Shown here: positions 51,401-64,000 of the stretch, piece after piece | How positions within the stretch are numbered: the stretch's first letter is position 1 | How the letters are laid out: the number at the start of each line of letters is the position of its first letter | DNA from: Phoronis australis | Lineage: Eukaryota; Animalia; Phoronida | Reading direction: 5' to 3' | Length of the DNA stretch: 64,000 nucleotides | Assembly (NCBI GenBank): GCA_002633005.1 | Contig: NMRA01000007.1 | Location: 1,514,001-1,578,000, forward strand | Made by a program: the position numbers and the translations under genes | The notes under the pieces: model-generated | Told to the model about the DNA's origin: nothing | Seen by the model: the letters and a program-made list of their open reading frames with translations, nothing else | Databases searched by the model: none

Positions 51401-54400
51401 GGCAAAGCTGGTGACGTCATTTTCAACGTCATGAAGCATTCCACTGAGAGCGTGTTCGCCGACAGCGTCATATCCTGCGAAGTGACTGAAAAAAGTATGT
51501 CAAAGGTCAACTTAGAGATATCCGACCTTGACACAGACGGGCATTTCTATGGGACAACTGTCAAAAATCCATTGAGTATGGAACAGAAAGGTATCATTTT
51601 AATTGTTGTAAATACATTCAAATAAACTTGGAATTTCCCACTGTATTTGCTTTTGAACGTCATGACGTAGTGACTGATGCCAGGTTGGAGAAACTTCAAT
51701 AATCTGATTTTTATTGAAACAATACAGAATTTTAATAAACTCATCCCATAAGAAAATTGAACTAAGGTAATGGAAATTTCATCATACAAAAATGGACTGT
51801 TCCCTCATTCAGCAATGACTGCTTACTGTTCATGGCACTCGGGAACTATTTGCTGCGGCTGCATAAGCCCCACACTGGAAAAACAAAGCAGAAAATATCC
51901 AGGACACCTATTTCCTATGCAAGATTTTAAAAGACTAAAACATTATTTTCACTCTGCAAGACCAAAAATAAATACTTCAAAACCAGAATTTGCACTTATG
52001 CACGAATTATAAACAGTCCAAAACCTTATTTTCATTCTACAAGACCAAAAACACAATTCACAAGACCAAAGTTTATCAGGTCAGGATCAAACTATCAGGT
52101 CAGGACCTATAATTTATCACATCAGGACCAAACAAGTTTATCAGCAAGAAAATTTTCATACCTGTGTCCGGTTGCATGAAACAGTCCCAAACAGGGACTG
52201 GACTTAGTTCTCTAAATCTACTGCGTATTTGTGAACTTGAGAAAACGCCGATTGTTCTTTCTTATACTGTTTTAGTTTCATTACTGAATCAATCTTTGGC
52301 TTTAATACAAATCAAGAATGGTCTCTACGTTGAAATCTCAATATTATTGAAAATAAGTAGGGATCTTTTCTTGCAACGTCCCTAATTTAAGTCCCTAATT
52401 GTTTTGACTGAATTAGGGGCTCAGTTTTTAGTTACCATATTATTAGGAAATGTAGTTAGTCAAAGAGAAGCTCATAATAAAGATTAAAATATTACACCTG
52501 TGAGTATAGAACGAAAGAAATACACAAAAAATTTAGGCAACTTAGCTGGAGCTGGTTCATGCAACCGGAGACATGCCACGTTTCCATTCACAAGCATTGA
52601 TACTGGTTTTGTTTTAGTTCCAGAATGTTCAAGTGGTCAAGTTGCGGCTACTACATTCAAGTTGTCGGAACTATCGCGCTGTGTCAATCCGCTAGAACAC
52701 TTTGTGAAGTCCCGATGGAACGCAATTGATTCCAGTAAAGCGGTGATTACCCGTCGAGATCAAACGAATCTATGCAGGTAACGGTTACCTCTTTTGAATT
52801 CTGGTCTCTTTGCCGCGCTAGTTTCGTAACAAAATCCAACAATGTCAGCAATCAAAATTAAACCATGGAATATCTGAATTGGTATGAAAGCGTTCTCGTC
52901 TTACCATCGTTGTTGCAGGTGGGTGAGATGTTTTAATGCTCATATCGTGATTAGCGTGACCTCTTAATGTTAAAGACTTATTTCCAGTTAAAACAGTGGA
53001 AATTTGAAAATTGCAAAAAGTAAAAAGACGCTTACGTCACTTCTCGATTGAATTTGAATGTTGCCGTCAAATGTTAATGTCATTCTCGTGAGAGTTTTGG
53101 TGATTTTTCAAAAGCTTATAGGACTTCTGAATTTTGTGTGAGTAACCCGACACGTTTACAGAATTTTAATTGATAGATTCATATTCGAACGTGAAGCGTA
53201 TTTTTATATTTATCTTGAGCTCGTGGTAAAGTCTCTTCATTATCTATTTAATCCAATTGTTTTAACATTTCGACTATGTCAAATTATTCTATCATTATTT
53301 TGCAGCGCTTACGAAGATTTTAAACTATGTGTGGCCAACGCACGCCTGAACTGCGCCTTGATAGAGAGCCACCTAGCGGGGCTGACGCGTTCTTTCGAGA
53401 ATTTTTGCAATACACCTTATAACGGTAAGTTTTGGTGCTGGTGATGCAGATTGTTTGAAACGCGTGAAGTATAATAACGGTACTACCATCATCCATTAGT
53501 GATACTTGCATCTTAGAAGGTAGTCCATTAACCATTGGTTGGCTAAACGTACTGACAGCGAAAGTTCTAAACTCTAACATTTCCTTTTTTTGGTAAAACA
53601 TCAACGGTTTTTGAAAATCAGTTGCCAAAGACCACCGCGATAAACGTATATGTACACGTAAATTGGTGAAGGGCTTTGGAACAGTATCAGAGATTCAGTG
53701 CTTTACTATTGTGCCAGTATTAGAATTTTGTCTGCCTCATGAATTTTTTATATTCCTGATGTTAAGAGCTAAGAAATCTATGAAATTTGTTCCAGTATTT
53801 CTAACTGTAGGACTTTACTAGGGATTTCTAATAACACCACTTTGCCTGGTGCAAGTGAATCAACACTATTACATCACACGCAAATTTTCCTATTATAATA
53901 ATATAGGGAATGAACACCAGAGATGAACAAGTAATAACAGTTGGCGTTTCTAAAAATAAAACTTTTTCATGTCGTTAGCCTGGATGCATTTAATCTTCAG
54001 TGATTGCAACTTATATCATTTCAGCTATCCAAACATATAACGGTTGTTCAAAGGAATCCCGCCGAGCAACAACGAGATGTATACATCCTTTTATGACTTA
54101 CAAAGCGAAGACAGGCATTTCCGTCTATGAGAACGTGAGCAACCTCTGCAAGTACGTATTTTACAAAGTGTCTCCACTTTATTCAACCCTAGATTGTCTG
54201 GATGTATATATTTTGATAAATGTGTTTCTCCAATTGCCTGTCAAATATTATGGAAAATATTTTTTAAGAACTAGTATGCTAAAGGTGGACATAAAATTAG
54301 TGAAATGACATTAAATCGTTGGGCGAAAACGTAACACAGCTGAACCGCCCTGGGAAAAACCTGAGTTACCAATGTGCCTGTGGAAGAATGTTTAGGCCTA

Positions 54401-54816
54401 AGAGTGTAATCGGAAAAAGTGGATTTGTTATTGTCCACACTCTAACTTTGTATGTCTTATTTTTTTCTAGAACCTTAGTGGAGACAGTTGACTGCGTTAT
54501 AGACAGTACCCAGATCTTCATCGACAACTGTCCCGTGGATGCCTCAAAGTTCGGTGTCAGTCTGTTTATGTCCTATGCGGCCGTCATGAACGTCACAACA
54601 CAAATTCCTTATTACACGGTCACCAAAGGGATTTGCCATACACAAATGCCCACATGGACTGTGGACGCAGAGACTAGAAAATTAACTCCCAATAAACCCT
54701 ATGGGTCAAGTAGCCATGAAGTGGGAGACGGAAGTGCTTACTTTATCACGTCACACAAAGCTGTCATATTGGCTGGAGTGACTGTGACTATAATTTCTTG
54801 GTTGTTCGTATCGTAG
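30470..54816 (+). CDS. Uncharacterised Cys-rich secreted, probably GPI-anchored protein with two tandem helical Cys modules (DUF19/CPG4-like by pattern); exons 30470-30521, 48848-49013, 49800-49915, 50349-50490, 51346-51590, 52618-52777, 53306-53424, 54025-54151, 54471-54816 (490 aa)
   Basis: Nine GT-AG exons join in frame (1473 nt). Exons 1+2 give a signal-peptide-like MDYCVSRGRIIEIVVCFASLWFSVLA|TCD. The C-terminus has small residues followed by a hydrophobic tail (GDGSAYFITSHKAVILAGVTVTIISWLFVS*). Linking exon 1 across 18.3 kb is an inference, and the family name is tentative. Confidence 0.78.
34323..34698. mobile_element. MITE with ~60-bp imperfect TIRs (GGCCCAGGGTCTAAT...); partial related end at ~22030
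   Basis: The left end GGGTCTAATCT...CTCGAAATTATATTTGACATTTCCCGTT pairs with the right end AACGGAAAATGTCAAAAATAATTTCGGG...TTAGACCCCGGACCC. Confidence 0.7.
35230..35335. repeat. Degenerate (TCA/TCG/TTG)n trinucleotide low-complexity tract
   Basis: Read directly from the sequence. Confidence 0.7.
42368..42770. mobile_element. MITE with ~90-bp imperfect TIRs (Harbinger-like GGGCCCGGTCTC ends)
   Basis: GGGCCCGGTCTCCAATCTTTTTACTCGAAA... pairs with ...TTTCGAGTACAAAGATTAGAGACCGGGACC. Confidence 0.7.
42852..43070. mobile_element. Degenerate MITE with GGGTAGAGTTC end, related to the 46932 family
   Basis: Shares the terminal GGGTAGAGTTC and internal CTCGCGAAGTCTT with 46932-47082. Confidence 0.45.
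43896..44057. mobile_element. hAT-like G/C-rich MITE
   Basis: CAGTGGCGGACCTAGGATTTTT...GGATTCGCC; the interior is shared with 18814-18950. Confidence 0.7.
45653..45694 (+). ncRNA. Degenerate minimal type I hammerhead ribozyme motif (Penelope-like element type)
   Basis: CTT-CTGATGA-(weak stem II)-GAAA-CATG-TC-AAG. The core boxes are intact, stem I is CTT/AAG, and stem III is the palindrome ACATGT. Confidence 0.45.
46932..47082. mobile_element. 151-bp PIF/Harbinger-like MITE
   Basis: TIRs are GGGTAGAGTTCAATAATGCTGGGACCT and AGGTCCTAGCATTACTGAACTCCACCC. Confidence 0.75.
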
Positions 54817-57800
54817 TTTACGGGAATGTGCTCAATTTTACTCCCTCACCACTCGGGTTGTCAAGATCTTCCACGAGATGTCTCTTCTCAGTTGCTAGAA
54901 GTTGGGTGACCGGAAACGCGGCCATGATGTCAATATCAAGCCTGAATGTGATTCGAGTCAGCATTCTAAAGTTTTGTGCAGTTTGGTTGGGAAACATACT
55001 GGTGGGCTGTACTATTAACTGCGATCTTGCCCTGAACTGGAGATAGTCCCTGCTATTGTTTAATGTTTAGGCAGTCATTAAAATGTTTGTTTCCCCTCCC
55101 CCCCGCCCACCAACCCACACTCCTATAAGATGCATAAATGTGACCATTGGATAAAATATATTATTTTCTTCTATTTTCGGGGCATGTTAATTTTTATTGC
55201 AAAAAATTTGATTTTGATTAACTATTGCATGTTTGTTGAATCACAAATGAAACGTTTACAATTGTGCACATACACGTATTTTAAGGTCAGTTGCGTGGAA
55301 GAGGAAACAAACTTATTTAAGTTACGCCTTTCTATATGACTACCACAAAGAATTCCAAGTGCACCTAACTGTAGAAACTTGGCGACAACTAGTTACATGG
55401 CTAATATTTATGGAGGTTACAAAAATGCTAAATTGCCTATGGTTGCGTGACCACTTGACATCGAGATTATATTGCTTTGACTCTTGCAAAGTTCATATTA
55501 GTGTGCATTAACCTAACGTGTTTTACGAGTTTGTATGTGATGATTTTGAAAGAGTTTTAAAGTGTTGTTTTTAGTAGGAACATTTTGTCTCAATTCCAGC
55601 GAGATTGTGGTATATTTTGTAACGTTGATCCTGTACATATCGCGAGTTATTTCTATTTTTATACTGCAAAGGCTTATTAGTTGTTATATGACGGGAATTG
55701 GCTTGACAGAATGAATAACTAATTTAAGGTTTTATACGAATTATGTCATATTTTAGATTAATTAATAGTTTATCTGAAATTTACCTAAAGTGAACTGTTG
55801 CTCGGTGCAAGAGGCTGTGTCTTGCCCACTGTTGGCAGAATAGGCGGGGTTAATGGACACCACTATTGTCGTAGTATAGAAATAGGTTGTGAGACACACA
55901 AAGGCCTGACGTAGTAGTTCAAAAACACGCCGTTTGTTGCTGCATTCTTGTAACGTTTGCCAAATGAATCCTAAATGTGCTGATTGCATTGTCATGGACG
56001 TGTTTTGCTTTTAAGGTATTGATGAACATCGTTCTGGCATTAGTTAGGTTAATGTAGGACCATGGAAAAATGTCGAAATTTGTCTACCTTCGAAACATCA
56101 TGTCTTAGAAATGGTTTAATATCGGGATCATACGGAACTTTCAGATAATATGCATTGTACACTGTTCACCAAAATACTGTTACGAGTTTTTCAAGTTACA
56201 AATTGGTTAACTTTTCCCTGTAAGATTATCAAAGTAGGGCTTTTTGCATATTATGTAGAAAATGAAAAGTTGCATAAAACGAAAACGAAACGATATGTTA
56301 GAAAACGGCAACTGCATTTCATCATGAGTATGTATGTCAAACGAAGTTTAGTCATGTTATGGATACCGCTATTGTGCTATGACTGTCCTTTTGTTAAATT
56401 TTATTAAAAAGGTATGTTCACGTGACCGAATCAACGGCAAATTGGTACAGGATCAAACATGAAACTCTACAGGCTTTCTGTTTCCAGAAACTATGTACTT
56501 TTCACATTTTTGTAGTTATTTGCTTTACAAAATGTCCATAAATACGAACAACTCGGTCCATTTACTTATTGAAAATTCCTACGTGTTGAATCGTTTCTAT
56601 TCTATAGTTTTGGCAGCTGGCCAAGAAAACACGAAAAGAAATGCCAGATGTTCAAACTTGCAGTGCAGGAAATCCATAAAGAGTGTTGTTATGGAAATGA
56701 CTCCTAATTCTACGGCACAAAATGCATCGAAGGCCATTACCCATTCAGCGAATTTTGTGCGAATTGTGGGACCATTATTACCTGGGTACACTGATGAGAA
56801 GGTGTTCATTAATACGCTAAAAGTTTTTTAAACATTTTTGATAAATACTATATTATATGTATATGTACTTGTGATACTTAGTGCTGAGTCACACCGAATC
56901 ATTGTCACCAATCTCTAGATGTTACCAGTGCCAATGGTCAGTAACATGTTGACATGAATGTTGCTGGTGATTAGATGACAATAGAATCTCAAACATCGCT
57001 ATAGTAAAATCCTCAAAATTGTCTGGATAAACTTAAGCTGTTGGCTAAGATGACTAGTTGACGCATATAATTTCTCATAAAAAATCGAGTGGTTTTATTA
57101 GTTGCTGTATTAGCTATTAGTCCCGCAACGTTAATTTATTCCCGTTTGAAGTTAACAATTTTGTGACCTTGACCTTGTATTTATGGGCCTTTTTGGCTTT
57201 AAAAAGCTTCTTAATATTTACAACTACTGTTACCAGCCTGCTGTCTCAAAAACTAACTTTTGATTATGAGCACTGTCTCTGTAAAATTGGTCTCAAGTTA
57301 CAACTTAGTCAAATAATGTAACTACAACTAGTGGTCAAAAATTAGTTTTTTAGGCAAAAGGCGGGATTATAGAGATTCATAATTGTTGTATTTAGAATTG
57401 CCGAAGAAGCAGAAGTGATTGTAGACAAAAAGTATGGGTCGTTATCATAAAAAATCACTGTTGAAGAACGCTTTGTGAGTTGATTTTATTGAGAAGTCTC
57501 CTGTTGTAGCTGTGAATCCATTTTAGAGCTTATTAGGCCTGATTGCTGGTTAACTGTAAAAGCATAATTGCCCCAATGTGATAAGAAATTGGAATAAACT
57601 TTCATTGCCAAGTAAAACATAAAATCATTTGTCTGACAAGCAAAAAGATTTAGCGGCTATGAAACCACTTTACGTCAAACAAATGACTTTGGATTAAGAC
57701 CTCTTACAATTGCGAAATTGGTCTGAACTTGTGCTGTGCTGATATTACATTGGATTTCTAGTATTGTGGAGAATTAACAGATCGTTATTGCTTGAGACCA

Positions 57801-59666
57801 GGCGCAACAAGTCGGCTTGTCGAGGCGAGCGAATGTAGTCTCAAGCAAACTGCTTAGTCTTTCAAAGCCCAGAAACCACTTCTGTCGTTGCAGCGAACTC
57901 TTCAAATCAAAAGTCAATTTATTTTCCAGTACAGTGGACGAAAACTCGACAAATGGTTACATGACGTGCCAATTGGTTTTTGATAATTTCTCGGTTACCG
58001 TTAACCATTGCAGCGTGTATGTTCGACGCATGTTCCCGTGTTTTACAGTTTACTTCCTTTGCGTTCCTCCGCAGCGCCTGCTTGTGACCAGAATGAAGAC
58101 CATTGTCAATGACAAAATGGCGTCGCATCGCCAAATATTCTCGTTTGTATTTTCCTTCGGAACTTCATTCACAAAGTAGGAAAGTTTCGGATCTAGGAAA
58201 CGCGAACGCCTACACAGACTGTTTCAATAGGGAGTGAGACATTATTATTACTCAATGAAGTGAATACAGAACTAAGATTCGGATCATTTGAAGGGCGCTG
58301 TTTACGTCACTTTCTATAGTTCCATAGACAGTACTATCATGTAAAATATCTCTAACCGGGCTTGTCCATTTTAACTAAACTTAACATAAAAAACGGTTGC
58401 TTTTCCTTTTAAGATGATATCATATGGTTGATTAATTGTTTTAAGTAAGTGTGCTCCAATTTTGGAATTCGTTGTATTGTTGCTATGTATAGCATGCAAA
58501 CAAAATGGCGCCGACCCGGCTTGTACTAGAGACCTCAGCTGGTTTTAGTTTGAGACGCACTAATTATTTTCAGGGTACCAAACTGCCCTGCTTCTATTAG
58601 AGATTGGCTTCTATTAAAAACCCGAATCCTGTTAGAAGGTTTACGATACAAGGCCAATGATGTGCTTAGTTTCCAGGATCCATTTAAAAATGCAGGCCAT
58701 GGGTTATGTCAGATAATAAGTTCATACCTTTTCGGATAAATACAGCAAGTCTGACCCATTTTCTTGTCTTATTTGCCAGTTAACCTTTACTACAACAAAC
58801 ACTGTCGAAATAAATAAAACATCGACTAGCTAAAACTACTCGCACTATAACGTTATTTAGTCCACGCTAAAACCATGGTTTCCATGAAAATACATTACAC
58901 AGTATATAGTCCTGCCGTGTTCATGTTCCACGGACGGACCTAAGACGTCACATGGAACCTAACCAAATGATCGCGTAAATCGGTGGCGTTTTATTCCTTG
59001 TTTTTTGGTCATGTACGTATTAGAGGGACCGAGGCCCCCTACGAGTTCAAACATGGCCTTTGTCAAATTAACGTGTTTCCTGCTGAAAATTTACGTCTCT
59101 TCAAAAAGCTCCACTACGTCTTTATGTACAAACGGAATTTTAAACAGAATCTTTCAGCTGTTTTGGATCAATTCCAGTCTACTTAACATTTTGCAATTGG
59201 GTATGGATACTTATGGTGTACAAGTAATTATACAGTGTAGACCCACTATATTGCGATGTTCGTAGAAGCCTAACTGAATGATTTCAAGACTCTGGAGCGT
59301 AGGTAGACAGTTGTGAAGCAGTTTGTTTCATTTCTATGCTTTTGTCTTTAACAAGGCTCTACGCCTTCCATCGTATTAACAGCTTTGACTGCACATAACA
59401 AAACTGTTACATTGAACGTAATGAACTGTTTCTGGTTTTAACGAAAAAGCATTTCCTCGTCGTACGCTTGAAGGTATAACAAATGTTGCGCAGTATATTA
59501 ATTTTTAAACCAAATGGATTAAATCCGGATTATTGGATCAATGTCATTCGTTTAGACCATACTAAAAGCGGTCAGACCAGACTTGGGTGTGGCGAAGCGT
59601 CAGATGGTAAAAAGCAGAGTCTTGCTATAGAAGTGTCCAGGAGTACCCCTGCTGCACGTGCACACT

Positions 59667-62600
59667 ATGGTTAGCTACGCAAGCGTTGTTTGTTGGTTGG
59701 TCCTATTACCGTTTGCCTTTCTGCTATTGCTTCTTGCGCTGGTTTCTGTAACGTTCTACTACCGTCACAAACACAGCCTCGATCTCATGCTCATCTCCTA
59801 TCTCCTCGTGCTCATAATGCGCGTGTGTACACTGATTCCGGTTCAAGCGTCGCAGACCATAGGCAACTTGCGATGGAGCCGAGACGGCTGCCGGGCCTAC
59901 TTTTGGTGGTCCATTTCCCTACAAATGGTCGAGATCTTGCACCTTGTAACACTGGCCATTGACCGTCTCCTTATAGTCCGAATGCCGCTGAGGTATCACC
60001 ACTACGCCTCGTTCACCACCATCAACACCACATTGGCGGCGCTATGGATGATTGGGTGCTTGGGATCACTTCCGCTTACTTTCTGGGTGACTAAAGATTA
60101 TTCCAAGACCCGCTGTCGCTTCGTGTCCTCTGATCTAGATAAAGGATTCGCTATATTCGGCTTCGTATTGGAAGTTAGCGCTTGTATTCTTCTTGGTATA
60201 CTATTTGTGGATTGTTTTGTGTTTTTGAAACACAATCGAGTTTCGAGAACGATTTATGTTCCAAAGAATCTATCTACAGCAGGCTATCAACAAGAGTAAG
60301 TCTATCTGCTTCTGTTTAGCTAAGGATGTATTATAGCACAAAGCGTCGCCCGCGACATTTTGTGTAGCGATGAGTTGCGTCGCACTAAACTTGGGGCGTC
60401 GCACTAAACACAGTGCGTTTTTTCAGTATCGAAACTATGACTGTGTATGAAAGCAGATCTACGACGTCAAAATCGCTTCGTTCATTGACCTGAAACAGGC
60501 ACACCCTTGTGCATCGCTTATTTCGGTAGGAATGGGCACTGAGATAAGTCTTTCACCACTATACTTTGGGATTTCTCGTACAGAGTGAGTGGTTTACATT
60601 TTTGTCCAAGACAAAAGGAAAAGTTCCGTGAAGTCTGATTCAAATTTGTCTGTTTGAAGACCTAAGAAGTCATTTGAATTTGTCCATGTAACTGAGACTT
60701 AAAAACACGACAAAGACGTGATGACAAGTGCCACGTTAAAAATTCACAGTATATATAGTTATATAAAATCTAATCCGCAGGTTGAAAAATCAAGACAGCA
60801 ACAGTCCAATCAGAAATGGCGCGTCCCCGTTCCAGAGGGGAGGAGTACTCAGGAAAACCTTCATAAACAACAACCCTAAACGGTTTAAATTGGCATACGA
60901 CACATGTAAGATTGGAATTGCTCTAGCCTTTACATGCATCGCTACGAACCATCTGCCATACAGTGTGAGTGTGAAGCGTCATGTTTTTATTTACAAAAAA
61001 AGTAAATAAGGCAGTCGAATAATTGCCATCAGAGGAAAACATTCCACCCGCAGTTTGTTACTTTCTGAAATTCTTTCGAAATGTTGCCACTGTAGTAATG
61101 TATTTATATAAACTACACAAAGTTTAGAATACGTTAGATAAAAAGTCATATGTGTAGCGTGAGCGACCTTGGTTTTTTAGTGTTTTTAGCTGACACACGT
61201 ACGCCATGTAATAAAGAGCGCCAGTTAAAAATGTTAAGTAAATTTCATACCGGTGTACGTTTTCAAATACTTTATAGTTTTATAGTTGATAAAGGTCTAC
61301 GAACTTGTTTTCAATCGCATCGATATGTATTTACACCCTGTGGGCTTGATGAGCAAGTTTTTATCGGTAAGACTTTTGTCGTTCTTGTATTTGAAAAATA
61401 AACAACGATGAAAACAGAATTCTCTCACTTAATTGGAAGCAATAAACTGTTCAAAGCTACTGTATACACCAACACCTGTTTCCGTGACATCAGTTTCTCG
61501 CTGTCGTTCAATGATTGATAGAATTGTACAGCTTTATCCAAGTGAATTGCTTAATCTAACCTCTCTAAGTCTTGTCAGCGTCCATTCACGTTAAATCGGA
61601 TTTTATCGCTTACCTGTATTTCAATATGAACTGACAAACATTCATGGTTAGAAGGAGACGAGCGAAGAAGAATTCCGCATTCATCATAACTCATGCCAAG
61701 ATTGTTGTTTAGAGCTGGAGTGCAATGTACCATCCGCAATGATAAAAATAAATAAATATACATTTGTTTCTTTTTGGGAAGAGTACGTGATCCTGTGTTG
61801 TTTGCAGTGTTGGAGAAATGGAAACGAATCAACATACAAATTCAAGTCATTCTATACCTAACTTTCCGCACTTAACCTCTTTTTATCAATATCGAATTTT
61901 AGATCATGGCTCTGATCGGCTTGGCATCCTCAGTCGTCGACGTTGGTGACCTCAGGTCAGCGCTGCTGTGGTTCGTGCTCATAGAGGCCTTGGCAGTACC
62001 GCCCTCTCTGTGGTTAGTTGGGGATAGGTACCACACCTCGCTCAGATACATCCTCAAGTATCTCACTTGTGGAAAGTTCGGACACGGTGCTTTACGTGAG
62101 TAGCCGATCATAGCTGACCGCCGTGTAAGGGTTCACAACACAAAACTAAGAACTTGAATTCGGTGGATCCGGAAATCGAAATATTCGCGGTTTTGTCAAT
62201 CCAATATTTATTCATCAAAGGATTATTATTTCTTCATCATCGAGATTGGTTAGTTTCTTTTAACCCCCCCCCCCCAAAATAAACGATCAGTGCGCAACGT
62301 TTCAGCTTAAATTTGTTTTTTCCGTGCAACGATCTGTGATTTTAGTTTCAGCAAATAGGACCACACCGACACAAGATGACAGGGGGAAAATTAGCATAGC
62401 AGTTGTACCCGTGAAATCTCAAACCGTTACAAACGTTATCAACCGTTACAAGATCAGCCAGGAAACGTCCAACATGCAAGAAAAGACTCGAGTGGACACC
62501 ATGGAGTTGGGATTTACAGCTGCTTTTGACATCGAGAGTATAACTACCGTCAAAACAGGTCTCAATTCTAAAACTTCAACAGAACAGTATATTTAATTAA

Positions 62601-64000
62601 TGTCACATTATTCAGAAATTGTCTCGGATAATGTAGTGAGTTCTGTGTTATAATTAACTGGCCAGGGAAGTTTTATAATCAATGAAACATCATGTCGTGT
62701 GGCGCAAGGAATTTCTTCACAGTTATCATAATTGATTTTTTTAAAGTTTCGTATTTTGTATTTTGGCCTTGTCTACTACAAATCTGCAAAAACGGGGTCA
62801 CCGAACCAGTTTTTCTCATACAGCCAACTAAACAGAGGCACCACTGGCAAAACTGTGAAACTTACGTGAGTTAATGAAAAGCCACTTCTAGTTAAATTCA
62901 TGATTGGAATCCACTTGAAAACGTATTCATTGTTGTACGATGTCAGTTTGATGCTTTAACGAGTTTAATTGTATTTTCCCCGTTCCCTGATTTTCTTATT
63001 TCGGGTTAAGAAAACGTTTCTATGGATTTCAATTACCTCAAATTTTAACGTTTACACGAAAAGTTTTTATTTAATATTTTGTTTCGATGCAGATCATGTT
63101 CTCTATGAAATAAGTTACTAAAAGTTTACTTTTGTGAAATTAATGATTGAAATCATTTTGAAAATGGATTATTTTCGTTGTCCGATGCCAGTTTTAAGTT
63201 TCAACAAGCTTAATTGTATTTTCCGGTTTCCCGATTCTCCGTCACCGCTTGCGTTGGTGTAAGTAAACGTTTTTTTGTTTGGATTATGAGTTCCTCAAAT
63301 TTTAGCGATTTGGCTTCTACTTAAAAATAAACTATCAATTTTCTTTTACGTTTTAATTTGATGCTCATTGGAGTCACCAACTTCACGACTTGTGATGTAT
63401 TTCTAGAGACGACGGTGGACGACAATGATTTCAATACTAACAACAATCCCAACGAACCGGAAGAAGAGCCAGATGCCATAAACGACGTTGTGATGGCGCA
63501 AGAATTCCCGCGTATTGAAGAAGAAGTGTTGGAGGATCTTGAGGAAAAGGCGTCAGGTAGTTTAGATTAATCACATTGATCTTATTTTTACGTCGACGCT
63601 TCCTTTACTCTACGGGTACCTTTGAAGCTGTGTTACATTTATTTTGCACCCAGATTAGGATAGACCGGGTATATATTGTTCCCATTAATGAATAATCGGG
63701 ACTGGCACACCTTCTACAATACAGAATTGCAAGCGAGCACGGATTCAGTCAGACCGCCCGACATTATTCTCGATCCGCGCCTGCCACTTGTTCTTGACGT
63801 CATTTACTTCAGACATCTTTAACGTACATTACATTTTGGAAGTAATGTTCAGGATATTCAAATTGATATCAGAAATCAGTACACTCAATATTCTTGTAGA
63901 AGAAATAGATGTCACGAAACTCGACACCAGATCTATCAAGAGTGAGTTGAGTGGAGTCGACGAACTGGAAAGAGGTGTGTCAACTCGAGGCTCCTTTCTT
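59667..64000 (+). CDS. Class A orphan GPCR, GPR153/GPR162-like; exons 59667-60295, 60781-60964, 61903-62095, 62352-(~62558 or stop 62596), probable 63407-63556 and 63900->64000 (3' end probably outside window)
   Basis: Seven hydrophobic helices and a very short N-terminus. Motifs WSRDGCR, AIDRLLIVRMPLRY, LWMIGCLGSLP, CRFVSSDLDKGF and LWFVLIEALAVPPSLWLVGDRY parallel those recalled for vertebrate GPR153/162 (WNEGLCK, HRMWMVCWPVNY, CRFIVAEIGLGF, QALLLPVFLWACDRY). The tail exons are phase 1-1 and open, but the donor near 62558 is weak. Confidence 0.85.
62920..63310. repeat. Diverged tandem duplication (~245-bp period) within or downstream of the GPCR gene
   Basis: CGATG.CAGTTT...TTAATTGTATTTTCC..TT.CC.GATT.TC...AAACGTTT...CCTCAAATTTTA.CG occurs at ~62938 and ~63183. 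Confidence 0.65.

Overview
Eukaryotic (metazoan, probably marine invertebrate) genomic DNA that is AT-rich, intron-rich and dense in short transposable elements. There is no sign of prokaryotic operons, CRISPR arrays or rRNA. Five spliced genes were reconstructed by hand from GT-AG exons with consistent phases. (1) GPATCH4 (+, 2340-10040). (2) A LITAF/CDIP1-family gene (+, 14319-18189). (3) V-ATPase V1 subunit D, ATP6V1D (-, 28627-20810), with a CLEAR-like/NRF1/ETS promoter. (4) An uncharacterised ~490-aa Cys-rich, probably secreted and GPI-anchored protein built from two tandem 4-exon modules, with an 18-kb first intron (+, 30470-54816). (5) A GPR153/GPR162-like class A orphan GPCR that probably runs off the window end (+, from 59667). 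The most unusual non-genic features are a THAP/Kolobok-like element whose ~310-bp inverted repeats are two copies of the 5' end including the start codon, a tRNA-derived SINE sharing its 3' tail with a LOA/R1-group LINE fragment in the same window, a 50-bp minisatellite with a CTCF-like consensus, a 28-bp hairpin element with a 7-bp target-site duplication, and degenerate Penelope-type hammerhead motifs. All homology calls come from motif recognition by eye; no database search was run.
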